Positions 39,601-53,449 of a stretch of DNA of 64,000 nt are shown in pieces. The stretch covers positions 19,034,001 through 19,098,000 of the forward strand of contig NC_045138.2 in NCBI RefSeq assembly GCF_008831285.2. Direction: 5' to 3'. Each line of letters opens with the position of its first letter. Position 1 is the first letter of the stretch. The translations under genes were made by a program, and so were the position numbers. The notes beneath the pieces were generated by a model. The model ran no database searches. It saw only the letters and a list, made by a program, of their open reading frames with translations, and was not told the origin of the DNA. This stretch comes from Nymphaea colorata. Its lineage: Eukaryota.

Positions 39601-41288
39601 TCAACTTACAAAATCCAAATCTTATATATAAAACATGCATTAATAATTCTAAGGTCAATGACGTTTGAAAAGACAAAAATGAAGAAAAAAAATTAATGTT
39701 CCTTTTTCATTGTAATTAACTTTTTTTTTTAATAATCGGGTGAATAAGAAGATCCATCTTCGGTGAGAGCTGTAGCTCTATTTTATTTTTACCTTCAAAA
39801 TTCAAAACTGTGTCGGTATCAAACAATGAGATATTCATGTGTTTCATCTGGCACGTAAAAATTCACCCACTTTTTTATATAGTAAATAGTAAAAAGCATA
39901 GCTTTTATAGTTTGAACTGCAGGCATGCTGCATAATATGTCACAACCTACTTGTTTAAGCTATGCCTCTTAAAGCAACATTGTTTTATAATCATTTTTAA
40001 GGAGAAGGACATGAAAAGCTGCATAATGTTTTAAAAGAACTGGACATTATTCCGAAGTTTAGAAGTTAGAAGGCATTTTTGGAAAGTTCAGGCTGGTTAA
40101 TGATTTCTATAAAAAGTAATGTGTTCATTGTAATATTCAAAGGTTATAGGTCTTTACGAAAACACCTGCGATGTAGGCGTCTCTGAGAAAGAAGAATTCC
40201 ACCGCCAATTGCTCCTTACACCTCCTCCGCCTCTCTCTCTCTTTCTCTGCTTAAATCCGCGACACCTTGTGGATCTTGAGTTCCCGTTCAATCGATTGCC
40301 TGGTGGCCCTCGGAGTTGATTGAGTTATCCGATCGTTTTCCCTTTTCCCTTGCCTGTTGTGGCGCTAATGATCCAGAAAACCCTAGAATTCTTAGCCGCC
40401 GAAATGAGGAAAGTAGGGTTTCATTAGTTCTTCCAATCAGCCTTTTTGGGCACCTCAACCTGTGGAAAATTTCAGTGGTCTGGCCCTGGTTAACTGGGTC
40501 TCCGATCTACTGGTCGAGTTTTTTCTTCCTCCAGTTTTGAGGGAGTTTGCCAGGTTTTCTCACTTTGCCTTTTATGTTTATTTCTATTAACAGAAATGAA
40601 GTTCATTTGTTGCTAATTTTGTAACCGGTTTTAGATTTCCGTTGATTTGGAATTGATCTCACGGTAGAAATTGTCACCTTTTTCTTTTTGGTTAGTAGGA
40701 TAGGTTTCTATTGCCGTTATGGATATGGGAAGTTTTTTGGATTTTTTGGGTGCTAATTTATGTTTTCTTCTTTTTTGGTGCTATCAATGGTGATTTGGTT
40801 GGACCTCTGGAAAGAGGTTTCACTTGATCTTTTTTGTGTTTCTATCAATCCATGTGTTGTTTTTTATTTCCTTCCCGTGGTTTGATTATCTATTATTACC
40901 TCTTGCCTGTTTTGTCTTTTCCCTTCGTGTTTGCACTAGTATTTTGGACTTACCAGGGTTTTTGTGCACTGATGGAGGTATTTCATGCATTTGGTGTTAG
41001 GATCGGGGTTTTGGTTTTCTTAGTGAGAAGTTTGAGCTTTCAGCAATTTTTTACTTGAAGATGTTTATACTCGAACGCTGCTTTAAAACTAGGTGAAGTG
41101 GTACTGATAAACTTTGTGAAAAAGAGCAGCTGGTGCTGTGTGTATAATCAGAACGATTTCATTGTAAAAGGTCGTGGTTGGTTTTCAGATGCTGGGTCCT
41201 TTTTGGGTTAGGTTTTTGAGTGCGGAATTGCGTCTTTTGTTCACGATGTTGATAATTTGGTTTCAGGTTTTCAACGGTCTCCGTGATC

Positions 41289-41948
41289 ATGAAGGTTCCT
41301 CCTCCTCCTAAGAAACGGAATATCACTTTCCGTTACGATATAAACACGACTCTCTCTGAAGCTGGGCTGCCTTCTTTCTCAATTGTGGGGAGGCAGAAGA
41401 AGCTCCGGAGGCTTCCCCATATTTTTAATAGGGTTCTGGAGCTGCCGTTCAATTCGGAGGCCAATGTTTCTGTGCAAGAAAATCAAGATTGCTTTAGGTT
41501 TGTGCTGATCACCGACCAAATTACAGAGGACGTGGAAGCCCAGTTAGTTGAAATTGTTCCTGGGGTTTCGAAAATTGTAGTCCGTGGCAGGAACTTACTT
41601 GAATTGTCACTGGATGAGCTAGAGCTGGACCGTTGGAGGTTCAGGCTGCCGCCTTCGACAAGGCCGGAGCTTGCAACCGCTGCTTATATAGCAGGAGAGT
41701 TAATTGTCACGGTCCCCAAAAGTGTCGAGTTGGAGGATGATGATGGTGTTTCTGAAGGTGAGGAAGAAATTGATCAGAACGGAAATGATGGTGGTTCACT
41801 GCCGGATGCAGGGAGGCAAGCCGGTTCCGGAGGTGAAGATCGAGGGGCATCGGCTGGTGCATCGACGAATTTCCAGGAACTTGATTGCAAAACTAACGCC
41901 ACAAACTCACAGGGGTCCTCGGTTCAGCACCTTGTTCTTGTACAGTAA
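41289..41948 (+). CDS. HSP20-like (alpha-crystallin-related) plant protein, 219 aa, single coding exon
   Basis: ATG at 41289. MKVPPPPKKRNITFRYD...KKLRRLPHIFNRVLELPFNSEANVSV...WRFRLPPSTRPELATAAYIAGELIVTVPK; the G-E-L-x-V-T-V-P-K ending resembles the ACD C-terminal strand. C-terminus LVLVQ. A 5'UTR acceptor TTTCAG|G lies at ~41266. Confidence 0.88.
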   Translation: MKVPPPPKKRNITFRYDINTTLSEAGLPSFSIVGRQKKLRRLPHIFNRVLELPFNSEANVSVQENQDCFRFVLITDQITEDVEAQLVEIVPGVSKIVVRGRNLLELSLDELELDRWRFRLPPSTRPELATAAYIAGELIVTVPKSVELEDDDGVSEGEEEIDQNGNDGGSLPDAGRQAGSGGEDRGASAGASTNFQELDCKTNATNSQGSSVQHLVLVQ

Positions 41949-43849
41949 CATCTAATAGCAGTAACGTCTCTTCCTCTTTGAGACTCGACATTGTGCTCAT
42001 TTTAGGTTTGGAAACATCGCATCCATGTACAAGCACGTTTTTGATCTACAAATGGTGATTTTCCTGACTTCTTTCATTGTTTTCTGCTACACAACCGGCT
42101 TTTTCATACTGAATTTCGAATTGCAACTGCGGCTGCTTTTCATATTATTGTATCTTCGCTTGAATGTGCTTGCCAATCCAACCTGGGGTATTGCTACCAG
42201 GGTTCTAACTTGGAAATTCATCCACAGGAATGCTAAAGCTACCTTAGCTTTTCTGCTTGCGTTGATTACTGCGTTGCAGTGAGTGTGATTTTGACTTTCT
42301 TTGCGCTTGTCAGTCCACTACCTTATATCGGTGATTTTTTTTTTTTCGGAATTCGGTGCTGCCTTTTAATAGAATCAACTGGTAATTTAGATGCATCGAC
42401 CACATGTAGAATGGTTGAAGGGTAGTAGTTGACATACCTGTATGCATGTAACAAACTGTTTATAGTTTGATTCAGACCGCTATTTTCATTTCCATACTCT
42501 TTTCGTTACATATATCGGGTACTTGAGTGAGAATCCGACAACTAAAGATTACTAACCTTCATACTAGGACTGTTTCACCCTGCCATTCCTTGTTTTCTTT
42601 TCCACTCAACTCTTTCCTTGGACATCCTGTATTCTTTTCTCTTTAACCCAGTTGCTGCACTCCTTATGACGCGAGGTAGTTCATCTCATGAAATATGGAA
42701 CCAGATGCTTCGGTAAAGTTAGTTCTTGACCTTATCAAGATGAAGGGAATAATTTACTGATCTTTTCACTGCGTGTCTTATTCTTAATTATTTAAAAGTT
42801 CCCATTGGGTAGTCGTGTGATAAACCTGTGAGACGAGTTTGAGGAGCTACTTGTTCAATGAAAGCAACTTGCAGATGAGAACCAAGGATTTTCTGTAGGT
42901 AGACTTCTTATCATGTGCCTTGGCGAGATATATTTGCAACATCTTTGGGAGATATTCCCATGGATTCTCTCTCTCTTGACTGGTAGATTATAGGGATTTC
43001 ACATGTCATGCATGATCCTCATATTCTTTTCAAGTGTAAAATGTGTCATGATGTGGCCGCTGCAACAACAACAGAATATAGTACGAGGCTCCTGTTGAAT
43101 TGCAGAGAGGCGCATGATGTGTATTTCATTTATGGAATTGTCCTAGAAAATATATCCCTTCACATGTGCCATGTGAAGCCTACCAATGATTTAATGTGGC
43201 GGCAAAAAATTCAGTTCATCTGGACAAAACTCAGGTTCACGATGACATATTTGGTGCGTCACCTATCGATATGAACTGGTTGATTTCTGATTGGCCACAG
43301 GTTAGGACATTAGGTGTTGCTACTGACTTCGTCTGACCCAGAAACGAAAGCCGTCTTGCAGACGCACGGTCATAAAGAGGACGACGCGCAAGGACCCGCG
43401 TGTTTGCGTTTGCCTCGTGCTAAATTATCTTATTCTATGTACGACGCAGACCGCCTGTTTGAAAGTGAGATATATCTTAAACGGCGTGTTTTTTGTTGCA
43501 TATGAGAAGTTTTCACATGGAAAATTTTAAACACAACTTCTTCGGTTGTGTGTGCGTGTACAAGTTTTCAAAAAGTGAGGAAAAAACAAGTAGGTTCACG
43601 TGAAGTTTTTTCGATGTTCTTATAGAGAAAGCTTCGAATGCAGAAGGTGCAGGATTTTCCTGTCATTTCCTCACATGCAATGACGTATGGAATGTGAAAC
43701 GGCTCGAACTATAAAAAACGAACTAGAAATAAGCATATCTTAGTTCAGGGAGGTTCTTTCAAACTCTGTGAAGATGGGTGGAGCAAAACTTCACAATTAT
43801 ACTAAGAAATGCACTTTAGCCATCACTGTCTTAGCTTCCTTTAACTTAA

Positions 43850-44012
43850 AGGGGTCATTTGGCAATGAGAACACTATGAATGTTTCATGAATTTTAGGGC
43901 AGATTGAGGCAGATTCATCAAACATTAGTTTTAATGTTTTATGAACCTACTCCAACTTTTATGGCAGATTCATCGAACGTTCACTGAGTATCCCTACTGC
44001 GAAGCAACCTCT
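43850..44012. mobile_element. Tourist/PIF-Harbinger-like MITE, decayed
   Basis: TAA on both sides (43847-43849, 44013-44015). Imperfect TIRs AGGGGTCATTTGGCA / TGCGAAGCAACCTCT differ mostly by transitions. Internal GGCAGATT repeats. Confidence 0.45.
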
Positions 44013-45787
44013 TAAGCATAAAATCAAACTTCTTGATTAGGTCGATAGTGCTCATAGATAGGAGATGTCTCGCACTGATGGAAAAACACAGAATCGTGTC
44101 CAGAGTGCGCCAGTTGGAAAATTAGTAAAGAGGGTAGACAACTTCCACTTCACACAGGCATGTTGCAAAGTTTGCCAATGTTTGTGGTGGTTCCGGCCAC
44201 CTACTCACTTTTTTGGATTGGAAAAAGAAGAAAAGAGAGTAAAGCTTGAAGGAATGAGTTCGAAATTGAGGCATCTGTATTAAGGTGTACCAATAGCGGC
44301 ACCTGATAATTTTGTCCTTTTCAGTTGAGGGGAACCGAGACCACAGGTTTAAAGAGGAAGCCGCAAGGAAAAGTTTAAGCAACAAAATGCAAAGGTTAAA
44401 ACTTGATTCAAGGTTTTTTCAGCTTGACAAACTGCAATTTTTTTATACCTCCTGTTGGACCTCAACCTTCATTGAATCGAAAATCTTGTTCAGATCGCTT
44501 CTCTGGGTAATCTCTCTCTCTCGCGACTCAAAAATCTCGATCTGACTACTTCGGTTTAGTAATCTCTCAACAAGTTATCGCTTGTGCTCTTGGTGCTTCA
44601 ACCGACACCATCTCTTCTGTTCCATTAATTTTATCTGTTTCATGAACCAAAACCACAAAAACAGACAAAAAGGTCTTCCTCTCGGAAGAAGACTTTACAA
44701 AATCTACATCATTTACAAGATTAAGACAGTAAAACACCTTTCAAAATGATACAGAACTCCAGCAACGGGTGGAAGTGACGTTGAGATGCAATTATGAGCA
44801 GCATATGATTAAACGGCAACAAGTGCTAATATTTGTCATTTGGTAAGTAAAGAAATGACGATGCCATTACGATGGATCTTATGGTGGTTGGACGATGCCA
44901 TTATGATGATGACGAGGGGAGACAAGAAAAAGGACAGGTCTCTAACCACTGGTAGTTTTGAAAAGAAAGGAAATGGCCAAATCTTAACACAACAACCAAA
45001 TTGAATTAATTCTTATTATAAAAATTCCAACTAACATAAGATCCAACTGGGTAAACTGAGAACCAGATTCAAGTTATGTATGGCGACTGATCTTATTAAA
45101 AAACTACTATTTACAAGCAAACAATGCAAAAATGTATTTGCAGATTTAGATCTGGACCTGAAACTTGTACCAATGCAAACCAAACAAAACAAGGATTAGC
45201 AAATCACAGCTACTTCGATGAATTGCCTCCAAAACTATGAGAATATGAGATTGAATTGAAATCATGAGTAGTTGCAGGAAACAATAGCCTCCCCTAAGCG
45301 TAAGGAACTGGAAAAACGAGAGTTACACAGCCATCCCGACCACACAACGGATGATAAATAGATTCCTGGTCACATCTTTCTATTGATATATTCCTTTCTG
45401 AACGAAACATGCTGTATAATTTCCCAAATTGCCCTTTAATCAATTTATCACAAGATCTTTTCTGACATCGTTCAACAGTTTAATTGGAATAATAAACCAT
45501 CCCTTAATTGAAATCGTCATGTACATTAACTAGGAGAGCCTCTTCCAACTACAGAAAATGACAACTTAATTGTTTCGAAAATGCTGGTGCCTAAAGCAAA
45601 AATTTTCCAGGGAATAAAAACCGCTTCACAAGATTTTACACATGCAGATCAAAACAGATCAAGTGCATGTACGCACAAGCACCGGCAACACGCACATGGC
45701 ACACATAACTCCAGCAAGTCAGCTATTGCATGCCAAGTAAGTGGTGAAATTCTCAAAGCTGAAAGAAAAGCCATTGGGTATAAATGA

Positions 45788-48700
45788 CTATTTGGACTTC
45801 CTACCCCGGTTCCTCTTCGAAGTAATGACAGTCCATCCATCCCCAGCATCTTTTGTTTCTTCAACATTGGCATCCATTGACATATCTGATGCATGATTAA
45901 GTTCTTGGGCCGAGCCACACACTCCATTTTGGATCTGGCAGAAATTTGTTCAAGTTTACGATGAATATACCTCCAAACAGAGAATATCAGCATATCACCA
46001 AGACTTGCATTTAATCACATAATCAAAATCAACCCAGCAAGAAAGTTTGCAGAAAAAGAGCATCTACAAAGTTGACTATTCTAACAAGGTATTTTTGTAA
46101 AGTAGATGAAGGTTTATACTTTATACTAGCTAGATGTTTTAACTTGTTTTGGCTAACAGAAATCCACCCAAAACAGCACTGAGACATGCCACCAACTGGA
46201 TCTGAAATGCTAGTAAAGTGACGACAGTGCTGACTGCTCACTAGCGCTGCCGTCTCAAAGTTCAATCAACAAATAACTAAACCAATTACACTATTTGCCT
46301 ACCCAGAATCCCAATAATGAACATGGACTACAGTACGACCTAAGGATGATTATAAATTGTCAGGAATGAAATATTGCTGGATTGAGGGTGATCAAAGTTT
46401 ATGAAAAAAAACATCTACTTAATCAAGCCTACAGGATTTGACAAGATCTTCTGATTATAAAAATATTCATAGCTGATATCAACAAGAACTAAACTGACGA
46501 GCTCTTCTCAAAACAAAAGGTGCTGGTTTGAAACACGTACTGCGTGGCAACATGCAGAGCATGTCAGTACGAAAAATAATTGACAGAAACATGTAGACTT
46601 AAAGGTTCAGTGAAAAACCATGTGGAGGATATATGCTTGCTTACCCTAATTTCCGAACTTGGTTGGATGGCAGATGATCCAACAACACTTTTTTCTTCTT
46701 GCATATCGACATCTAATGCCATATCCTCGTCTGAACTATCATCTTCATTTTGGTCAATAACCTGGTAACGAAATTGCATTACATTTTTTTCCAGAACTTC
46801 AAATGATATATCCACGAAGGGTTAAATGAATGAAAAATTAGCAAAATGCTGGACACATTACATGAAGACACGTGTGTGTGTGTGTGTGTGCACATGTGTA
46901 TAAGCAAGCACACATGCCTGGTAAATCAAATAAAGAACAAGCAATGCACCTAAACATAGTTGAAAAAGAGAATTTAGATAAACTAACCTATTCTCAGATG
47001 CTTCTTAGGGGTCAATTTCTGACTTAACGGGTCTTAAGACTTTCATAAGATTGAAATCTGGAAGTCAAAGCTAGAGTTCCAAATTTACCTGTCTACTTCC
47101 AGAAACAGCACCACTTGTACTGCTTGAGCTTCTCAAACTCAACAAGGATTCAAAATTTCCTTGAAGACACTCTTCATGCAAAGTCATCAGTTGCTCTGCC
47201 ACCTGCTCAAAAGCATGAGAAATAATGATGAACATAAGAAACAGAAGTAGCACAAATCAAATTCGTTTATCTGATAATTACACTTATCAAATGTTAAAGC
47301 TAAAAAATTGAGAAATGTTAAAATTTTAAGTAAATTACAAGATGGGAAGGCCGGGGAGAGCTTAAGAGTTTAAAAAGATAGAGCCAGCAAATTAACCAAA
47401 CTGTAACAATCCAAAAGAACCAATAGTCAAAATGTCAAATACAATAAAAGGAGAGGAGAAAAATTATAGCAGACTTATCCCACACATCACAGTTAAAGCA
47501 AGAGCTTCTCCGTCATATTGGAGTTCAAATTACTCTATTCCTTCGTGAAAAAGTGAAGCAAAAAGCGTAACACAATTCTCTGATGGTACATTAGGCATAC
47601 TCTACATATACCATCTATCCATGCACTATAAGACAACAAAAAGGTAAAGGCCAATCACATATTGACTTTGTAGTAATCAAAGCTAGAATAGGAATTCAAA
47701 TTTAATTAAAAACAGCTCTTTAATCAGATTGTGTAACAAAGCATACTGTACAAAGTTATAAACATCAATCCAATAGAATGAGTGCAGGACTTAGAATATC
47801 CAATATACGTAACCGCAAAGTTTGCCATCTAAAGAGAGCAAAACCTGTTAACACCAAGCTGCAAAACATCACTCAAACAGAAGCAACTTCACTAGCAAAG
47901 CGACTTTTACGGGCTTAGCATATGCAATCATATTAAACATATCATCTGGAATCTTGTCACTAGATCAGTCAGTTCATGCAAAACGTGAGAAATCTCAAGC
48001 CATCAGCAGATTCTTTGTGTTTACTTTTCCTTTTGACACGCATAGGAATCGTTTTGAAATTCTCACTTGGCAATAAAATAAACTATAATAAAACAACTCT
48101 CACAAAACATGAAATAGCATAGACCAAAAATAGCTGCGAGTATGCATGATAGGTTAAAACCAAACCTCCTCGATGCTACCATCCTCAATCTCTGCATTGA
48201 AGGAAGCTAACATATTCTCATCGAGCATTGTTTCCAACTCATCAATGTAAAGGATATCTGAGCAAACCATCCCAAAGAAGAAAAGAACACAATGAGACAC
48301 CAACCTTTAATGGCAAAATTTAAAAACATTAATTGGTGATTCAGATGCACACAGGAAAAGAAAACCCAGAGAAAATATTTGGGAAGAAAGAAGGAGAAGA
48401 AGAAACAGACAACGTTAGAGACACTGATTTAACAAAAATAAAATCTTATGCATGAATTGGCAACAATTTGAAAAGAAAACATGGAAAAAACGATGTAATC
48501 TCACCTACAAAAAACAAAAATCAATAACCAAAAGAAGATAATGCAAGATCATCAATATAAATAAAGCAAAATTGAAAATAAACACTTAAACGATATCAAC
48601 AATTAAAAAAGCCATAATTCAACCTAACAAAGAAATTATGTTAAAGCACAAGTTTCAAGCATGTTCAAGCACAAAGTTGCAAGCACAAAGCAGAAGATTA

Positions 48701-49096
48701 AAGTTATTCAACACTAATTTGAATGGATAGTACGAAATGAAAACTAATCTTGACAAAATCAACATCACAACCTCAATTATGTAATAAGAAAAACTAACAA
48801 TAAGTTGAAAACGAACCTAAAACATTGCATGTATGAAACAGAAAAATAGGTTGACACGTAGTATCTATCAGAAAAATAAGGAAATTATTGGTACCTTTGG
48901 AAGCAGTGAACCAGGAGATAAGGTCGACAACCAAATTGTCAAACTTCTGGCGGGAGCTCCGGCCTCCCCACTCATTCTCGACCGCCAACCTCAGTGCTGT
49001 CCACCGAGAGAGAATGAGATGAATACCCTCGGAGAAAAGGGGCAGAGCTTCTGGTGAGAACTTCGCTGGAGGACCATGGCTTCCGTGGCAATCCAT
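45788..49096 (-). CDS. TSR2: Pre-rRNA-processing protein TSR2 homolog, ~223 aa, 5 exons
   Basis: Exons 49096-48895, 48257-48166, 47202-47089, 46761-46645, 45934-45788 (672 nt, in frame). WTALRLAVENEWGG (WGG domain), FNAEIEDGSIEEVAEQL, an acidic linker, and C-terminal DGWTVITSKR. Confidence 0.92.
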
Positions 49097-49144
49097 GTCT
49101 AGGATCAGTAGCAGAGTCCAAAATTTTAAGTCAGCGAGCCACCA

Positions 49145-49402
49145 ATAAATAGTAAAATAACAAAAATCTCATAAAGTAAGCCAAACGTTGCTTGAAAAAA
49201 ATATTTCCATTAAAAACATATATTTCCTACAACAACCTATCTTTCCTGTAACATCATATACTTCTTGTACTAACAAATATTCCAAGTGACAGTATATGTA
49301 TGCATCTCACACACAAACACACCTATAAATAGTGAAATGGAAAAAAATCTCATAAACTAAATTAAAGGTTGCTTAAAAAAAATATTTCCAGAAAAAACAT
49401 GT
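49145..49402. repeat. Diverged direct duplication (~180-bp period)
   Basis: ATAAATAGT.AAAT..AAAAATCTCATAAA...GTTGCTT.AAAAAAATATTTCCA..AAAAACAT occurs twice. Confidence 0.7.
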
Positions 49403-50631
49403 GTCAAGGAAATATATTTCGCTTAACGATAAATATTCACTTTGACAACATATGTCTCTTGTAAAAATAAATATTTCATGCGGTTGCGGAAAACACACAG
49501 CAATTTAGTGTTTATGTTGATTATTAAAACCAAAATTTAGTCCCAGTATTTTAGCATTTTTTAACCACAAAATAGGTCAAAATGGATTTATAAGCCATGT
49601 AGGATAGCTACATACATCGTTCCTCCACATGCATCAGAGAATATAAAACTAGATGCCTGAAAGGACCATGCATGACCATATGTATCTCTTACTCTACATG
49701 TATCTAAAATCATTACGACGCCATGCCAATGAAGCAATGACCAAGGAAGATAGCTCAAAGGAAATCAAAACAGCAATGAATTATGCGTTGGCATGTCAAG
49801 CATGACTTGGCACATAATTTTATTGTTCATGTTAACTGGTTTATCAGATCATTGTATCTTGGAACCATTAAAAAATTACAATTCCCTTCTTGTAGCCATG
49901 GACATCAGACTTTTCCAAATAGATTCTCTGCACCTACAAGATTGAACAATTGTCATGGTGACCAGTCTCTTGGAGTGTAAAGTTGTCTGCATGCATTTGG
50001 AGTTTTAAATGGCAAGGTTTTTCTCGGGTATAATATGGCGAGCTCGAAAAAAATGGCTTAAAAAATCCTAAGAAGTAGAGAAAAAAATAAATAAATAAAA
50101 AACTAACAAGACAATACATGTATGATTTTACATATATGTATATTATATGATTATAATTATATATATAACATAAACGTAATAACCATGCATTATTAATAGC
50201 TGCACCCACTGCACGCCCAGTGTCCACCTGATTTCTGGTGTAGCAGCAAATTTACAGTGTGATCAGCACCCATGTGACAAACCTAGTAATCACAGTTTCT
50301 TAAAGGACACGCTTCAACACGATGTGTGCAATCCATTTAGAGCCCCTTAACCCACACAAACATGTAACCCATCAGCACAAGAACGTGAGAAATTTAAAAC
50401 CAGAACGAGGAGAGAGAGACACTGAGAGAACCGCTGGTTATGTGGAAACCGGAAACGCATCAGAGCAACGGCAGAAACTGAGAGATGGGGAAAAGAATGG
50501 ACAGAAATTGAGAGAGATGGAAGGAGAACAGACATAAAGAGAGATGGCGGTGGAGGCAGAAACGGCAGAGGCAGAGTTAGTAGGGACCATATATTGATTC
50601 AATTCGAAACAAGAAGAAAAAGAAGAAGAAG

Positions 50632-50775
50632 CGCCACTGCAACAGAAAAACGAAAGCCCTGACGAGTGTCCAACTTGGAGAAGAAGTGCCACTGCAAGGC
50701 AACGCTGGAAGGAGGCCGCCACTGCAAGGCAACACTGCAACAGAAAAACGAAAGCCCTGACGACTGTCCCACTTC
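50632..50775. repeat. Nested short direct repeats (probable TE internal remnant)
   Basis: CACTGCAACAGAAAAACGAAAGCCCTGACGA.TGTCC.ACTT x2 and GCCACTGCAAGGCAAC x2. Confidence 0.75.
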
Positions 50776-53449
50776 GGTTCCAAAAAAAATTATGCAGGGT
50801 GCTATATAACGTTTGGAACCCAGAAGTTATCTTCCTAGAAAAGAACCCGTGGAAAAGTGTAAGGCAGGGAAAATTTAGATGTCTTGCAAATCCAGGCCAT
50901 GTTTGTTGGCCTGGAAGAAAAAAATTGAGTAAAACTTCCCTTGGTTTGATGGAGCCGTAAAATTTTCCAGGAAAACCTTTTTTTTTTTTTTTTTTGACTG
51001 CCGGTGGACATTCGATACAAGCACATGACGAGTCCTAGCAACCAAGGTATCCATGCATAAAAAATACAACATGAAAACAATCTAATGTAGCTACCTGTGC
51101 ATTAAGTACATGCAGCCATTCATGAATGAGTTTTCCGTTCATAGTTGCTGAGCACAAGTGAAGGAGACAGCCAAAAAAGTGAGCAAAAGGCCCATTTTCT
51201 GGCAACTACAAAAGATAGCCAAAAGGAGCATCAAAAGCCCTTTTCCGGCAACATTCCCCCGAGAGAGAGAGAGAGAGAGAGAGCCTATGGTGTTTATGTG
51301 GATGGTACCGTGGTAAGGAGAGTTTGCTGCTTCTCACCTAACATGGGAATGGACAACGAAAATGAGAGACCAAAAAGAGGGCAAAAGGACGACTTTCTGG
51401 TGAGAAAAAGCAAGAAAAAAACTACGTAACAAGACACCAATGGCATAATTCAGGATTGTAGGTCTTTTACAATCTCTTCTCGGTATGGACTTCTGTTTCA
51501 ACTTTCAAATCAGTTCAAGAACTTCCAAGGGCCTTATCTTCACATTCGCACAGTGAATTGTGTTGAGATTTGGACAGTGGTAACTGGTAACTAACAAACA
51601 CCTAACCTACAGAAGTTGGTGTATCCTCTTGTGCACTATACATCATTTGTTCTCTGCGCTCAGTAACTAGAACCCATCGTAATTAAAAAATGAACTGTTC
51701 TTTTTGCACGATATAGTTTTCTACCCTCTGCTACCATACCGTGAATGATCCATATGCCTCTGTTTTTGACTGATCGTTAATGCATCACATGAACTTTGTC
51801 CAATGCATATGCATCATGCCTCAACCTCAATTTGCAAGCATAAGGCAAGGGATGGGGTTGACCCAAACTATCTTTTTGCTGAATGAATCTAGTTCTGTAG
51901 CAAAACACTTCACCTATTTCTGTATTTGAAGAAGGGTTTTAGACTTTCAGTCCTTTTTGATACACTGCTTCACCAAACAATAAAACACTATTCTGCCATG
52001 AATCTCTCACTATGCTGCCAAGTCTACCCCAATTTCACTTACTTTTAGTCCAGCCCATACAGCATTATAAAAGCCCTATTTTATTTTGACATTAACTGTA
52101 ATTAAAACCCAAAAAGGAACCGTACAGCTTCAGCCCCATCTGAAACCAACACAGAGCTGAAATTACTTTCTTTTCCCAACATTCTGTACTCAAAATTCCA
52201 ACCTTAGCCATCAACACGCGAACTCATAAAAACAGCCTTCAAAAAATTTAACCGTATGACCATGCAGCCCTCTATAGAAGAAATATCACATCAATGAATG
52301 CTAAAAGTGATACAAACGTGATTCTCTATCACACATTAACAAAGAAGAGATTCAAGCTTCTAATCTAAGAAGAAATTTTTTAAAATGATTGGAGAAGAAA
52401 CTGAAATTTGGATGATTTACCTTCTCTACCGTTCTTCTCTTCCTTCTCTATCTCTCACTCTCTCGTTTGCTCTATTCCTCTCTCGCCTCTTCTCACACGA
52501 TCTCCCTCTTTCTCTCTTCCCTTCTCTCGCTCTTTCTCTCCCGTTCTCTCCCCGTCTCCCTTTCTTGCTCTCTCAAACTCTCTCTGTTTTTCTTTGGGAC
52601 AAGAGGAGGCACAGGCGGTGTGTAAAACCATCCCTTTTTATCAACTCGCATTAAAAGAAAATTTTACAAAAACACTCATTTTAGTTTATAAATTATAATG
52701 CCCCAAAATAGTCCTTTTAGAAAACTTACGTTGGCCTCCGAATCTCGTCTTGAAGGCAGTCCGGCGTCTATGGCTCAGGCAGGACCGCAGCGGAAGAAAT
52801 CTGGAGAGAGAGACGAGAGATAGGCGTGCATAAACAGATGGAGAAAATATGCGATTTTGGATTCAAATCCGAAACCATTTAGCTGGATCTATTAAGAAAG
52901 TCCACGTAACTTACTTCTTGTTCAAATTTGGTATGCGGTTTTGTTATTGAATCTCAAGTTGGGTCCAATGTCCAACCTGACTATAGATAAGGTCGGATCT
53001 GGATTCAGTTTCGAGAAATTGAGTTTGAGACCAAGTTCGAATTCGAACTCAATTATATGGAATCCAACTAAGTCAAACTCAATAAAGGTTGAAGCCGACC
53101 CAAATTCGAACAGTCTAAATCCCAAATGAAAATGCTCAATGTGCATAATGGCAGTAAATGGAGTTAGGGAGTGTTTGATACAAGATCGATCTACATCCAT
53201 TTGAATAAGAATTTCAGGCCGGCAGGGAGGCTGGTTACAAGAGCAATCCCTTGTTTTTAGAGATGAGCCGTTACAAGAATTGTTTACAAAGTTCTTGGCA
53301 TCTTTCTTTCCTTAGTTTTCGGTAACATCATCTTCTTTATATTTATCCTTTTCAAGCTGATCTTCATCTTCCTCCTGAGAATATCTGTTTCCTTTATCTT
53401 CTCTTCCGAGATCTATTTGGCATACTCCAATAGCTTACATAAGCAGAGA

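Noticed and set aside
42723..42740. TTCTTGACCTT resembling the tasiR-ARF (TAS3) core
   Set aside because: Only 11 nt match before it diverges, there is no tandem copy, and no miR390-like sites were seen nearby.
45649..45993. 114-aa - strand ORF taken as the last TSR2 exon
   Set aside because: Wrong frame. The real exon starts at 45934 after TGCCAG and encodes the DGWTV motif, ending at TAG 45790-45788.
48249..48257. ATATCCTTT on the - strand, matching the U12 (AT-AC) 5' splice-site consensus
   Set aside because: It is the first 9 nt of TSR2 coding exon 2 (D-I-L-Y), directly after a normal AG acceptor, and the reading frame needs it as exon.
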